Positions 1-8,405 of a stretch of DNA of 64,000 bases are shown piece by piece. A model generated the notes under the pieces. That model was not told the origin of the DNA. It was given only the letters and a program-made list of their open reading frames with translations, and made no database searches. Each line of letters begins with the position of its first letter. The stretch's first letter is position 1. The stretch is from an uncultured Poribacteria bacterium (GTDB taxonomy: Bacteria > Poribacteria > WGA-4E > WGA-3G), in the NCBI GenBank assembly GCA_951813545.1, contig OX638352.1, forward strand, positions 2,432,835 through 2,496,834. The letters run 5' to 3'. Made by a program: the position numbers and the translations under genes.

Positions 1-177
1 CCCAACGATTTCTTTTCTGAAGTTTTGGATGCCAATGAAAGAGACTATGCCGTCATGACGCTCTCTGATGGGAAATGGTATGCAGTGAGTCCTGACAGTG
101 TTATCTGGCGTATGACAGAGATGGCGATCCTTGAAAAAGCAAACGTGCTTGATAATCCGTCCGCCGCAGAGAAATGA
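1..177 (+). CDS. C-terminal fragment of a C-type lectin-domain secreted protein; the 5' end lies outside the window. It is a paralog of the next two genes.
   Basis: Frame 1 is open from base 1 to a TGA at 175-177. The tail ...GKWYAVSPDSVIWRMTEMAILEKANVLDNP aligns with the C-termini of the 269..1495 and 1761..3113 products. Confidence 0.6.
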   Translation, partial: PNDFFSEVLDANERDYAVMTLSDGKWYAVSPDSVIWRMTEMAILEKANVLDNPSAAEK

Positions 178-268
178 TAACTGTAAAAGGTATTCCTGTC
201 CGAATAAACGTTTACATGAGGACAATTTACTGTGCCGATGCATCAATATTACAAAAGGAGAATTTATA

Positions 269-1495
269 ATGAATCTTCAAAGTTTTAAACAAAATCTCGG
301 AGTGCTTTTCTCGGTGACGATGATACTCTCCGTTCTGGTATCATCGTCTGTTGTTGCTCAGCAAGGCGCGACGATTTCTGGGCGCGTCGTTGATGAACTT
401 GGGGATCCGGTTGTCGGTACTTCGGTAGCACTTCATCGGTATAAAGCCATAGAGGATGATGAGCGACGAGTGCCATTCGTGCCTTTCTGGCAAAAGCCGG
501 TCAATTTAGATGGCAGTTTTTCCTTCGTAAATATTGCGCTAACAGAGTCCGTTAGTTTTGTGGTAGAAGATGAACGGACGAAAGGAAAAATCCTTTCTAT
601 CCAAATGGGTGAGTTAACCCTTTATCCGGGGGACCATCCACATTTTGGTAAAGTAAGGTTTTCCTTGGAAGCAGGGATGGACATCGAAAACGTTGTTATC
701 ACGGTGAACACAAATATTCCTCCGCAAGTCCGCGCGCGAGTCGTCTCTGCCGACGGCACACCGCTTGTCAATACGACTATATATGTTGCAGTGCAACGTA
801 AAAGTCTGGATGGAACTGGCTATGGGGGGTCTGGTGGCACAAGACAGACCGACGCGGAAGGATATTTCGTGGAAGACCTTCAGGTGGATGACGATCCCAG
901 ATTCTATGCGCTTGGCGTTGAGTATCAGGGACTTTTCGCAAAAGTACCTCCTTTCATCTTACATGAGGGGCAACCGCAAGTTCATCTTCTTTTGACCCTC
1001 GACGGTAATCCAGATCCGCTTGCACGTCCACCGGTAGGCCCACCGTCTACTGCATTAACGGCGTTTCTTGATCCACCAACGGTGTGGATTGTGAACCCTG
1101 CGAATGGACACGCTTACAAAAAAATTCATTGTGACAGTGTAGTGGATGCAACAGCCCAAGCCACCGCAGAAAATGCCTATCTCGTTGCCATCAATGATGA
1201 AGTAGAAAATGAATGGTTGGATGGAATCTTTGGGCGAGAACGTTTTTGGATTGGACTCAACGATGCCACCGAAGAAGGACAGTTGGTTTGGGATAGCGGT
1301 GAACCTGTTACCTATACCAACTGGGGTGAACATGAACGCGCAGGCGACAATACTGAAGTGAATGACTACGTTATCTGGGGATTTGGCGGTAGATGGGAGA
1401 TGGTCGCACCTGGAAGTAGTCAGACACATTTTGTCAAAAATGCAATTCTCGAAAGGACAGATGTGTCCGTTGAGACCCTATCTGAAGATGATTAG
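269..1495 (+). CDS. Secreted protein with an N-terminal carboxypeptidase-regulatory-like (CarboxypepD_reg) domain and a C-terminal C-type lectin-like domain
   Basis: ATG at 269 is followed by the signal peptide MNLQSFKQNLGVLFSVTMILSVLVSSSVVAQQ, so the upstream ORF extension from 131 is unlikely. ISGRVVDELGDPVVGTSVAL matches the CarboxypepD_reg motif. The C-terminus carries the CTLD motifs WIVNPANGHAYKKIHC...AYLVAINDEVENEWL...FWIGLND...W. Confidence 0.75.
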   Translation: MNLQSFKQNLGVLFSVTMILSVLVSSSVVAQQGATISGRVVDELGDPVVGTSVALHRYKAIEDDERRVPFVPFWQKPVNLDGSFSFVNIALTESVSFVVEDERTKGKILSIQMGELTLYPGDHPHFGKVRFSLEAGMDIENVVITVNTNIPPQVRARVVSADGTPLVNTTIYVAVQRKSLDGTGYGGSGGTRQTDAEGYFVEDLQVDDDPRFYALGVEYQGLFAKVPPFILHEGQPQVHLLLTLDGNPDPLARPPVGPPSTALTAFLDPPTVWIVNPANGHAYKKIHCDSVVDATAQATAENAYLVAINDEVENEWLDGIFGRERFWIGLNDATEEGQLVWDSGEPVTYTNWGEHERAGDNTEVNDYVIWGFGGRWEMVAPGSSQTHFVKNAILERTDVSVETLSEDD

Positions 1496-1632
1496 CGACA
1501 GCGCAACATTGGGTTCGCTTTCAGTTCAATCCATAGGGGTCAATTTTAGAAGGATATGCATGTTTCTTGATGTAAGAAAAGTGTTCCCAGGCGGATCTGT
1601 CTATCATAGCGACTATGAAATATCAGATGAGT

Positions 1633-1720
1633 GTGTGGCTTTAGCCCCGTAGGGGCGGCATGTTTATAGAAAAATGTTTCTTCTACCACCAAGCCCCGTA
1701 GGGGCGGCATGTTTATAGCG
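1633..1720. repeat. Two direct copies about 55 bp apart of a 27-bp element AGCCCCGTAGGGGCGGCATGTTTATAG with a GCCCC-GTA-GGGGC palindromic core
   Basis: Seen directly at 1633-1661 and 1691-1718. Reverse-complement copies occur at 35645-35672 and, more diverged, at 35723-35745. Confidence 0.7.
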
Positions 1721-1760
1721 GATCCAATCTACATTTGCCTATTTTAAAGGAGAAATTACG

Positions 1761-3113
1761 ATGAATCACCTGAAATTTACGCACCTTGCGTCCCTTGTTG
1801 GAATTATAATAACGCTCTCCCTTATTGCATCCGCCCCTTGTATCGCACAGAACGGGACAACACTCTCTGGTACCGTCCTTGACACGGAAGGGAAGCCAAT
1901 TGCTGGATTTGCCATTGGATTGCTACAAGGTTCTCTCATATCAAAGACTGATGAAGAGGGAGTTTTCACTTTCAACAATATCCCTGCCGGACCGGTTCAA
2001 ATTGCGATTCCAACGCAGCCGTCCAGAGAAAATGAAGAGCCTATATTCAATTTTGAGGCGGATAATGAAATCGTCTCAATCAAAATCAAGGGTATAACGC
2101 TTTATCAGGAAATGCGTCCGCCTTTCGGTGGTATCACGTTCGGTGTCAAATCGGGCAGTCATATTGAAGACATAACGGTTACCGTCCGGCCGCGGGTGCG
2201 AATTCGGACGAAAGTCGTTTTCAAAGATGGGAAGCCACTAACGAATGCTTCTGTTGCTACGCGAGTCGAAGGCGATGGTGGTAGGTCGAGTGGCGGGACT
2301 ACTACGGATGCCGAAGGATATTTTGTGCATTATATTGATAACAACGTTGTTCCAGCACACCACACGGTCACCGTGAAATATAAAGGGCTCTCGGCGAAAT
2401 CAGAGCCATTCCTCCTTGAAAAGGGTGCGCGCTATGATGATTTAGTTTTGACGCTTGATGGCGATGCACCACCTGCTGTCCCACAAACGGAATCTCTGCC
2501 GAAAGTTTTAGATAAGTTGACTGGTGGATCGACACCATCTGAGAAACCGACACTCACCCAAACAAACCACTCTTTACCAACTAATAAGGGACAGGTTAAT
2601 ATTCAAGAGGTGGAAGTAGAACCTCGTGTAACAAATACTAAACCTACTAACCCCGCTAAGCAGATACGGCCCCCGTGGGAGAAAGATGCTTGGGCTGTGA
2701 ACCCCGCAAATGGACACGCCTATAAAAAGATTCGGTGCGACAGTTTGGACGAGGCACGAGATCGCGCTGCCGCTGAAGGCGCGTCCCTCCTTGCGATTAA
2801 CGACGCAGCGGAGCAGCAGTGGATTTCGGGACTCTTTGGCAATCATCTCTATTGGATTGGACTCAGTGATGCTGAAAACGAAGGGGAATGGGTATGGCAG
2901 AACGGTGAACCTCTCACCTATACGAATTGGGGACCCAAGCACAGTTTCCCGCGGAGTCCGCTTTCACCGGAAAAGAAGGACAGTGCTGTTATGACCTTTG
3001 TGAATGGGCAATGGCACGCCGTTGGTCCCGGCGATCTCTTCTGGCGCATGACTAAAATGGCGATCCTTGAAAAAACAGACGTGCTTGACAATCCCCCTGT
3101 CAAAGAAAAATGA
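1761..3113 (+). CDS. Secreted CarboxypepD_reg-like plus C-type lectin domain protein (paralog)
   Basis: RBS AAAGGAGAA precedes the ATG. Signal peptide MNHLKFTHLASLVGIIITLSLIASAPCIAQ. LSGTVLDTEGKPIAGFAIGL is CarboxypepD_reg-like. The C-terminus carries CTLD motifs WAVNPANGHAYKKIRC...SLLAINDAAEQQWI...YWIGLSDAENEGEWVWQNGEPLTYTNW. Confidence 0.8.
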   Translation: MNHLKFTHLASLVGIIITLSLIASAPCIAQNGTTLSGTVLDTEGKPIAGFAIGLLQGSLISKTDEEGVFTFNNIPAGPVQIAIPTQPSRENEEPIFNFEADNEIVSIKIKGITLYQEMRPPFGGITFGVKSGSHIEDITVTVRPRVRIRTKVVFKDGKPLTNASVATRVEGDGGRSSGGTTTDAEGYFVHYIDNNVVPAHHTVTVKYKGLSAKSEPFLLEKGARYDDLVLTLDGDAPPAVPQTESLPKVLDKLTGGSTPSEKPTLTQTNHSLPTNKGQVNIQEVEVEPRVTNTKPTNPAKQIRPPWEKDAWAVNPANGHAYKKIRCDSLDEARDRAAAEGASLLAINDAAEQQWISGLFGNHLYWIGLSDAENEGEWVWQNGEPLTYTNWGPKHSFPRSPLSPEKKDSAVMTFVNGQWHAVGPGDLFWRMTKMAILEKTDVLDNPPVKEK

Positions 3114-3120
3114 TGGTTTT

Positions 3121-3346
3121 ATAGTAAAGCCCGAAAATATGTTGACCCCTTAGAAAACAACAACCCCTCCATCGCTGGCAGGGTTTGATGAGGTTTAAAA
3201 AAATATAGTAAAATCCGAGAATATGTTTACAGGTTGTCAGGGAACAAGCACCCCACTGCCGCTGGCACAGGGGGTCCCCACCCGTTATTGGGAAGGGGCA
3301 GGTAACCTCGCCTTTGCGTTGGTGTAGAGGTAATTACGGGTTTTAC
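3121..3346. repeat. Two tandem copies of an intergenic repeat family. Each has a 5' ATAGTAAARCCSRRAATATGT, a GC-rich hairpin around CGCTGGCR, and a 3' GTAATTA...TTTACT.
   Basis: Copy 1 at 3121-3200 and copy 2 at 3205-3346 align with each other and with 31541-31660. Partial relatives occur at 4556-4682, 33433-33470, 35520-35570 and 38345-38385. Confidence 0.6.
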
Positions 3347-3350
3347 TATA

Positions 3351-4441
3351 TAGGACTTACGCAATATTAATAGAAATAACAGGATTTTCGAGTTGTTGTC
3401 GTATGTAATCATCGAATAAACTCTCTTTGAATCGATAAATGGTTTGACCCGCTGCACGTGCGGCACGCGTCAGACTCACCCAGACCCACAAACAACAAGC
3501 AATATGATTCCGCTGGGCACGATGTTTACGACTTTGGCATTTACCAATACCTGTGGTTTGTTTCAATTCCCGATGAAGTTGCTCAATCTTCCAACGCAGG
3601 CAACATGTTTGTCGCGTCGCCTCAGCATCACATTGAGATAAATCGTTAGTCACAATATATTGCGTGCGCCCGGAGCCGGACACTATCCGAAACAACTTCA
3701 CTTGGTAGCCCTTAGGAAACTTTTTGATGTGCACAAGTTTACCATGTCTCATTTCTGCCGCTGTCCATGTGAGTGCGTCAACGCGCATGTGTGGATCAAC
3801 ACCGTCAGAATCGTTGACGAGACGATTGCTTTTCAGAGGCGCATAGTAGATTTTAGAAAGTGCTTGAATCGCCTTCATCACGTCCATTGAAGCATACCAA
3901 GCATCTATCAACACCGTCCGAAACGGCAGGCATTTGACGAAGTAGGCATTTTTGAGCATATCCTGAAGATGTTCAAGTTTAGTTTTACCATCACGATCGT
4001 AGTCGTAAATGCGGTAATCAATGATCCAATAGCACTGCGTCTTTGGGTTGACATAGACGCATGTCACAAGACCTATGCCGTTAATGACGCGCTTTTCCCA
4101 ACCGCTCCATTGTCGGCGAACGGGTTGAATCTCTTTGGCATATTGTTTTGAGATAACCGTATCATCAAACAGCAGGTATCCGTCTTCATCAAACTCAACG
4201 TCGTTTCGCACCGATGCCCAGAGATCCCGGGCAGAAATGCGGTGCGTATTCAGCAAACGATTGAGTTGATCATGACTCCACTTCTGTGTATGATCCGCAA
4301 AGTGCGTCTGTGTGAAGTTCCGCAAACCTGCTGACAGAAAATGGCAATAATCCAGTAATAATGGTTGTCTCTTTTCTCAAAGGTTTATGCTTTTCATAAT
4401 CACAGAGTATAACACCTTTTTCTACTATTGCGTAAGTCCTA
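3351..4441 (-). mobile_element. IS4/IS701-like insertion sequence, 1091 bp, with terminal inverted repeats and a 6-bp target site duplication
   Basis: Left end TAGGACTTACGCAATA at 3351-3366 and its reverse complement TATTGCGTAAGTCCTA at 4426-4441. ACTATA directly flanks both ends at 3345-3350 and 4442-4447. A single transposase ORF lies between. Confidence 0.8.
3357..4325 (-). CDS. DDE transposase, IS4/IS701-like
   Basis: Candidate catalytic residues sit in LLFDDTVISK, LIDAWYAS and CCLRWKIEQLHRELKQTTG. The last has the IS4-type R-x3-E-x6-K spacing. Confidence 0.8.
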   Translation of the reverse strand: MRNFTQTHFADHTQKWSHDQLNRLLNTHRISARDLWASVRNDVEFDEDGYLLFDDTVISKQYAKEIQPVRRQWSGWEKRVINGIGLVTCVYVNPKTQCYWIIDYRIYDYDRDGKTKLEHLQDMLKNAYFVKCLPFRTVLIDAWYASMDVMKAIQALSKIYYAPLKSNRLVNDSDGVDPHMRVDALTWTAAEMRHGKLVHIKKFPKGYQVKLFRIVSGSGRTQYIVTNDLSQCDAEATRQTCCLRWKIEQLHRELKQTTGIGKCQSRKHRAQRNHIACCLWVWVSLTRAARAAGQTIYRFKESLFDDYIRQQLENPVISINIA

Positions 4442-4682
4442 ACTATATTTGGGTAATGCTATAAAGGGCACCCTCAATCAAGAAGGTTCTCTAATCCCGC
4501 AAATCCTTGAATCCTGCCTCTGATAAGGGGGATAAAGGGGGTTATCTTGATTCAGACAGGGGTCCCCATAGCGAACAGCGTACGGGGCAGACATCACACA
4601 TGACCCGATTAAATTCTTAATCTTCATGTAACCCCGCCATTCCGTTGATGTTCAAGTAATTATGCACTTTACTGTAAATCTA

Positions 4683-4883
4683 ACGTGAGTTTGAAAAAAG
4701 TAACGTGAGTTGGAAACCGGCTACATTCTCAGACGACGGCGCTGGATTGTTGGGTTTCGCTGTGTCTATTTCCATGAATATGTCCTTGAAAAGCACATTT
4801 TTTGGATAAACTGAAGGGTTCTTGGTCTTTTCCCGCTCTACCCAACCTACGGGAGCCTTTAATTTTTATTATCAAACTCACGT
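4683..4883. mobile_element. MITE-like non-coding element of 201 bp with 12-13 bp terminal inverted repeats and a 10-bp direct duplication of flanking DNA
   Basis: ACGTGAGTTTGA at 4683-4694 and its reverse complement TCAAACTCACGT at 4872-4883. TGTAAATCTA is present at 4673-4682 and again at 4884-4893. An internal second copy of TAACGTGAGTT is at 4701-4711. No ORF. Confidence 0.55.
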
Positions 4884-5734
4884 TGTAAATCTACGAATGT
4901 TTCGTTCCGTGCTTACTTCTCCCCAGACAATTTTTTCCAATTAATTAGTCAGTCATTCCCACAAAGTCTACAGAGACATTCAGTTTTCCTGTGGCATTCA
5001 AAATATGTGGAACTGCCACAAGGTTCTCTTACTTGACAACCCATAACTGATAACTGACAACTCCCGCGTGGAACGGGTTTCTTGGGGAAATCCGCAGAAA
5101 TACCCAAGCAAAACACCCCAAGCAAAACACCCAGATTTCTTCCGCATAACAAGGAGAAGAGACTTTGAGCCGCCGAAACCTTTTGCATAAAATAGTGGTA
5201 ATTCCCGTTGTGTTTGTGGTTTCTGCCATGCTGGGTTGTGGTGAAACTGAAGATACGTCTTCCCTTGCGTTATCGGAAACTGTCATAGCTGGAGACACAG
5301 CAAGTTTTTCTGGACGCGTTGTTGATGAAGACGGAAATCCGGTTGCTGGGCTTACGTTAGTCATTCAACCTCGCGAAATTAACAATGAGACTGGTGTGCG
5401 GGGATACGGTCCGGCTTTAGAATCAGAGACCGACGATGCCGGACATTTTTCCATCACAGATATCCGTCCGGGAGAATTTCAATTCATGTTGGCACGTGAC
5501 TATCGGAACGGTCTGCTTTTTGAAACGGAATATCAACTCCTTTCTGTCAAAATCGGGGCTTTCGCCTATCATCCGAGTGACCAGTTCCCTCCTGCTTTTA
5601 CTAAAGATACTCTTTCTATAACTCCAGGCGTGCAAATAAAAGATGTAGAGGTCACGGTGCGCCTCCGGATGCGGGTTCGTGCGAAAATCGTTTTTGCAGA
5701 TGGCACACCCTTAGCAAACAAGGAAGTTAGAATC

Positions 5735-7202
5735 AGCGTGATAGACCCAAGTCTAAAGACTTGGGCTTCTGCAAATGTTAAGCAGAAGCATTTGTGGAAT
5801 TTAGAATCGGACTACACGATTCAACGGAGCAGCCGAGAATCCTATTGAATAGGACAATCGGTCTTACGACTCCTAAGCCAAAGGAAGCTACCCCTTCCTT
5901 AAGAATGTTCATAGCAGCGTTCTGGTCTCGGTCAAGGTGTGTATCACACTTTGGACATTGCCATTGACGGTCTGCTAATGTAAGCGTATCGTTTTTATGA
6001 TTACAAACAGAACAGCATTTACTTGTCGGAGACCACCGACCAATCTTCAGCACAGAGCGTATCCGCTTTTTGCTCTGGTGTTTAAGCTTCTGAAGGAACT
6101 CACCGAGGGATAGGTCAGAGACTTGTTTGCCCCACAAACGTTTCATGCCTCTAAGGTTCAGGTCTTCAAAGAACATTATATCAAAGTCTCGGCAGAGCTC
6201 TATGGCAAGTTTCCAATGGTGGTCTGCTCTTTGGTTCGCAGTTTTTTTATGGATACGAGCCACGTTCTTACGCGCTCGTTGCTGATTATGAGAACCTTTG
6301 ACCTTGCCGGAATACGCCTGCTGTGCTTTCGCCAACTTTTTAGCGTTCTGTTTGTAGAACATTGGAGAGGTATATCGTTCTCCGTCACTGGTAGTCAGGA
6401 AATCTTTGATACCCATATCGAACCCTTCAGCTTTACCTGTCTTAGGTTCTGGTATGACTTCACTATAATCTTCAGTGAGCGTGATATACACGTCCCCGAG
6501 AGCGTCTCGTGTAACTTGAACCTGTTTGATTTGTCCTTGTATTTTTCTATGCAAAGCGAAACGATACCAATGCCCATTAAGGCGAATTTTATAGGTTGGG
6601 TGGTTTCTATGGTGTTTCTGTCTATCACAGACTGGTTCTATAGCAATCTGTATGCCGTCAAATGTCATACCCTTGTGTTGTTGACACTTCTTGAATTGCG
6701 GGTGCCCTCTACCAAGTGTCCGCATTTCTCTAAAGGACTGTGACAAGCGTTTTAGCATGTTTTGCAGACTCCACGAGTACGGGAGAGACCAATGCTGGTA
6801 TTTTTCAAGTTTTTTAAGGTTCGTCAAATGCTTAGACATTTTAGCATACGAAAGCCCCTTGCCATACATGCGGTAATACCGCATAGACAACGCAATGAAA
6901 TGGTTTCGCACAACACCACAGATATTCAAGTCGTTATGCAGACGCTTCAAGGTCTTATCATGAAAGAGTTTATGAGTTGTGTTTCGCAGGGTATATCAGG
7001 TATCAGGCATTTATCCCCTTACAAGTGGGAGGCAAGCCCGCAACCTTGCGGTTACGCTTGTAAAGCTTGCCAACCTGATACTACAATTATACTACATTTT
7101 AGACCCAATTGCAAATCTTTTTTAGGAAACATTTGGTCTAATTCACAAGGGCGGTTCTGTATCCCAAACCTAAAGGATTGGGTTTTAGTACCGAAACTTT
7201 AG
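5735..7202 (-). mobile_element. IS200/IS605-family TnpB-only (IS1341-like) element inserted into the lipoprotein gene. Boundaries are approximate.
   Basis: Host-gene homology stops at about 5734 and resumes at about 7203. The right-end hairpin CCCAAGTC-TAAA-GACTTGGG is at 5745-5764. A related imperfect hairpin CCCAAACC-TAAA-GGATTGGG is at 7158-7177. No TnpA gene is present. Confidence 0.7.
5778..6950 (-). CDS. tnpB: TnpB (OrfB) RNA-guided nuclease-like transposon protein
   Basis: 390 aa. RuvC-I is at GFDMGIKDFL, RuvC-II Glu at MFFEDLNL, the zinc ribbon at CSVCNHKN...CPKCDTH and RuvC-III at DRDQNAAMNI. Confidence 0.85.
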   Translation of the reverse strand: MKRLHNDLNICGVVRNHFIALSMRYYRMYGKGLSYAKMSKHLTNLKKLEKYQHWSLPYSWSLQNMLKRLSQSFREMRTLGRGHPQFKKCQQHKGMTFDGIQIAIEPVCDRQKHHRNHPTYKIRLNGHWYRFALHRKIQGQIKQVQVTRDALGDVYITLTEDYSEVIPEPKTGKAEGFDMGIKDFLTTSDGERYTSPMFYKQNAKKLAKAQQAYSGKVKGSHNQQRARKNVARIHKKTANQRADHHWKLAIELCRDFDIMFFEDLNLRGMKRLWGKQVSDLSLGEFLQKLKHQSKKRIRSVLKIGRWSPTSKCCSVCNHKNDTLTLADRQWQCPKCDTHLDRDQNAAMNILKEGVASFGLGVVRPIVLFNRILGCSVESCSPILNSTNASA

Positions 7203-7569
7203 ATAAAAACACGAGATTTACAAGGAGATGGGAGTGGGAGTATTGGAGCTACATTGCAAACCGATGCCCAAGGGTACTTCATACAGTATGTGGATAGAGG
7301 TCGGGCGACATCCTACACCGTATCGGTAGAATATAAAGGACTTTCTGCAACGTCGGAGAAATTTGTACTCAAAGTTGGGGAACGCCGTGAAGATTTAATT
7401 TTGACGTTGCCAGGTGCCCGCCGATGAAGCGTGACACTTTCAAGACTGTAAACCGGAAGTCCCAGAGGGGCAAAATGTATGTAGCATCTGCGAACCACAA
7501 TGTCTGAAAGCCCCGGAAGGGCGACAGGTGTGTCGTGGGTTATCTATGTATTAAGGAGAAGAGTTAACT

Positions 7570-8376
7570 ATGAGTCGTCAAAACTTTTTACCGGGAATAG
7601 TGATGATTTCTCTCGTAATTGCAATTTGTACGCTGCTGGGTTGTAGTGAAATGGATAACCCGTCACGGGATGTGATGGATGACGACAAGACAATCCTTGC
7701 AGGTCGTGTTATTGATACGAATGGAGCTCCAGTTCCGCAACTCGCGCTATTCGCTGAGTATATTAAAACTATAAATGAGGATTTTCAGGCACTATCTGGT
7801 GTGATTTTGGAAACGAAGACTGATGAAACGGGACGTTTCTCTATCACTGAAATCCGTCCCGGGCAAATTCAATTTGTATTAGTTCCCAGCCACGATCAAC
7901 AGAGTTACGGCGATATAAAATATCAACTTATCTCTGTCAAAATCGGCAGGATTGTTTACTATCCGGATGAATTACAGAGTCCGCTTTTACCCGACCACCG
8001 TGCGTCCTTTTCAGTCACTCCAGGCGAGCAGATAGAAGGCATCGAAATCACTGTAAAAGTTCGGATGCGGATTCAAGGGAAAATCGTTTTCAAGGATGGA
8101 ACACTACTTGCTAATTGGCCAATTCTTCTTAGAACGGAATATAAGCGCAAGGGACTTAGTGCAGGCTATAGCACCTCAACTCGTACAAATGCCGATGGTT
8201 TTTTTACGCGATATGTATCTTCCGCTGGATCGTACAAAGTTACAGCGAGGTTTCAGGAACTTATTGCAACGTCGGAACAGTTTACACTTGATGACGGTGA
8301 GCATCGCGAAGATCTGGTCTTGACGTTTGATAGCGAGCCAATCCCGCGGTCTGAGGAGTGGTGGGGTAATGACTGA
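7570..8376 (+). CDS. Lipoprotein with a CarboxypepD_reg-like domain; paralog lacking the lectin domain
   Basis: RBS GGAGAAGAG. Lipobox signal ...ICTLLGCSE. LAGRVIDTNGAPVPQLALFA. The C-terminal region is homologous to the other paralogs. Confidence 0.7.
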   Translation: MSRQNFLPGIVMISLVIAICTLLGCSEMDNPSRDVMDDDKTILAGRVIDTNGAPVPQLALFAEYIKTINEDFQALSGVILETKTDETGRFSITEIRPGQIQFVLVPSHDQQSYGDIKYQLISVKIGRIVYYPDELQSPLLPDHRASFSVTPGEQIEGIEITVKVRMRIQGKIVFKDGTLLANWPILLRTEYKRKGLSAGYSTSTRTNADGFFTRYVSSAGSYKVTARFQELIATSEQFTLDDGEHREDLVLTFDSEPIPRSEEWWGND

Positions 8377-8405
8377 ACAGAAACTGTAACTTGAATATGA
8401 TTGCC

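Larger units (their letters stand above)
5165..7427 (+). pseudogene. CarboxypepD_reg-like lipoprotein gene, paralog of 7570..8376, split by insertion of a TnpB element. The 5' part is about 5165-5734 and the 3' part about 7203-7427.
   Basis: The 5' ORF has a lipobox signal (MLGCGET) and FSGRVVDEDGNPVAGLTLVI, and it loses homology after ...LANKEVRI. Frame 0 from 7203 encodes ...QGDGSGSIGATLQTDAQGYFIQYVDRGRATSYTVSVEYKGLSATSEKFVLKVGERREDLILTLPG*. This aligns with the C-terminal halves of the 1761 and 7570 paralogs (TDAEGYF..TVTVKYKGLSAKSEPF..DLVLTLDG). Confidence 0.7.

Noticed and set aside
131-268. N-terminal extension of the first lectin ORF (MKKQTCLIIRPPQRNDNCKRY...)
   Set aside because: It overlaps the upstream paralog's 3' end. 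A canonical signal peptide begins at the internal ATG 269, and the extension has no homology to the paralogs.
1633-1720. Possible CRISPR array (repeated GCCCCGTAGGGGCGGCAT units)
   Set aside because: Only two units. There are no cas genes. The units belong to a dispersed repeat family seen elsewhere in reverse orientation.
6123-7202. Plus-strand ORFs (206 aa and 146 aa) inside the TnpB element
   Set aside because: They are antisense to tnpB or lie within the element's left end. No homology and no RBS.
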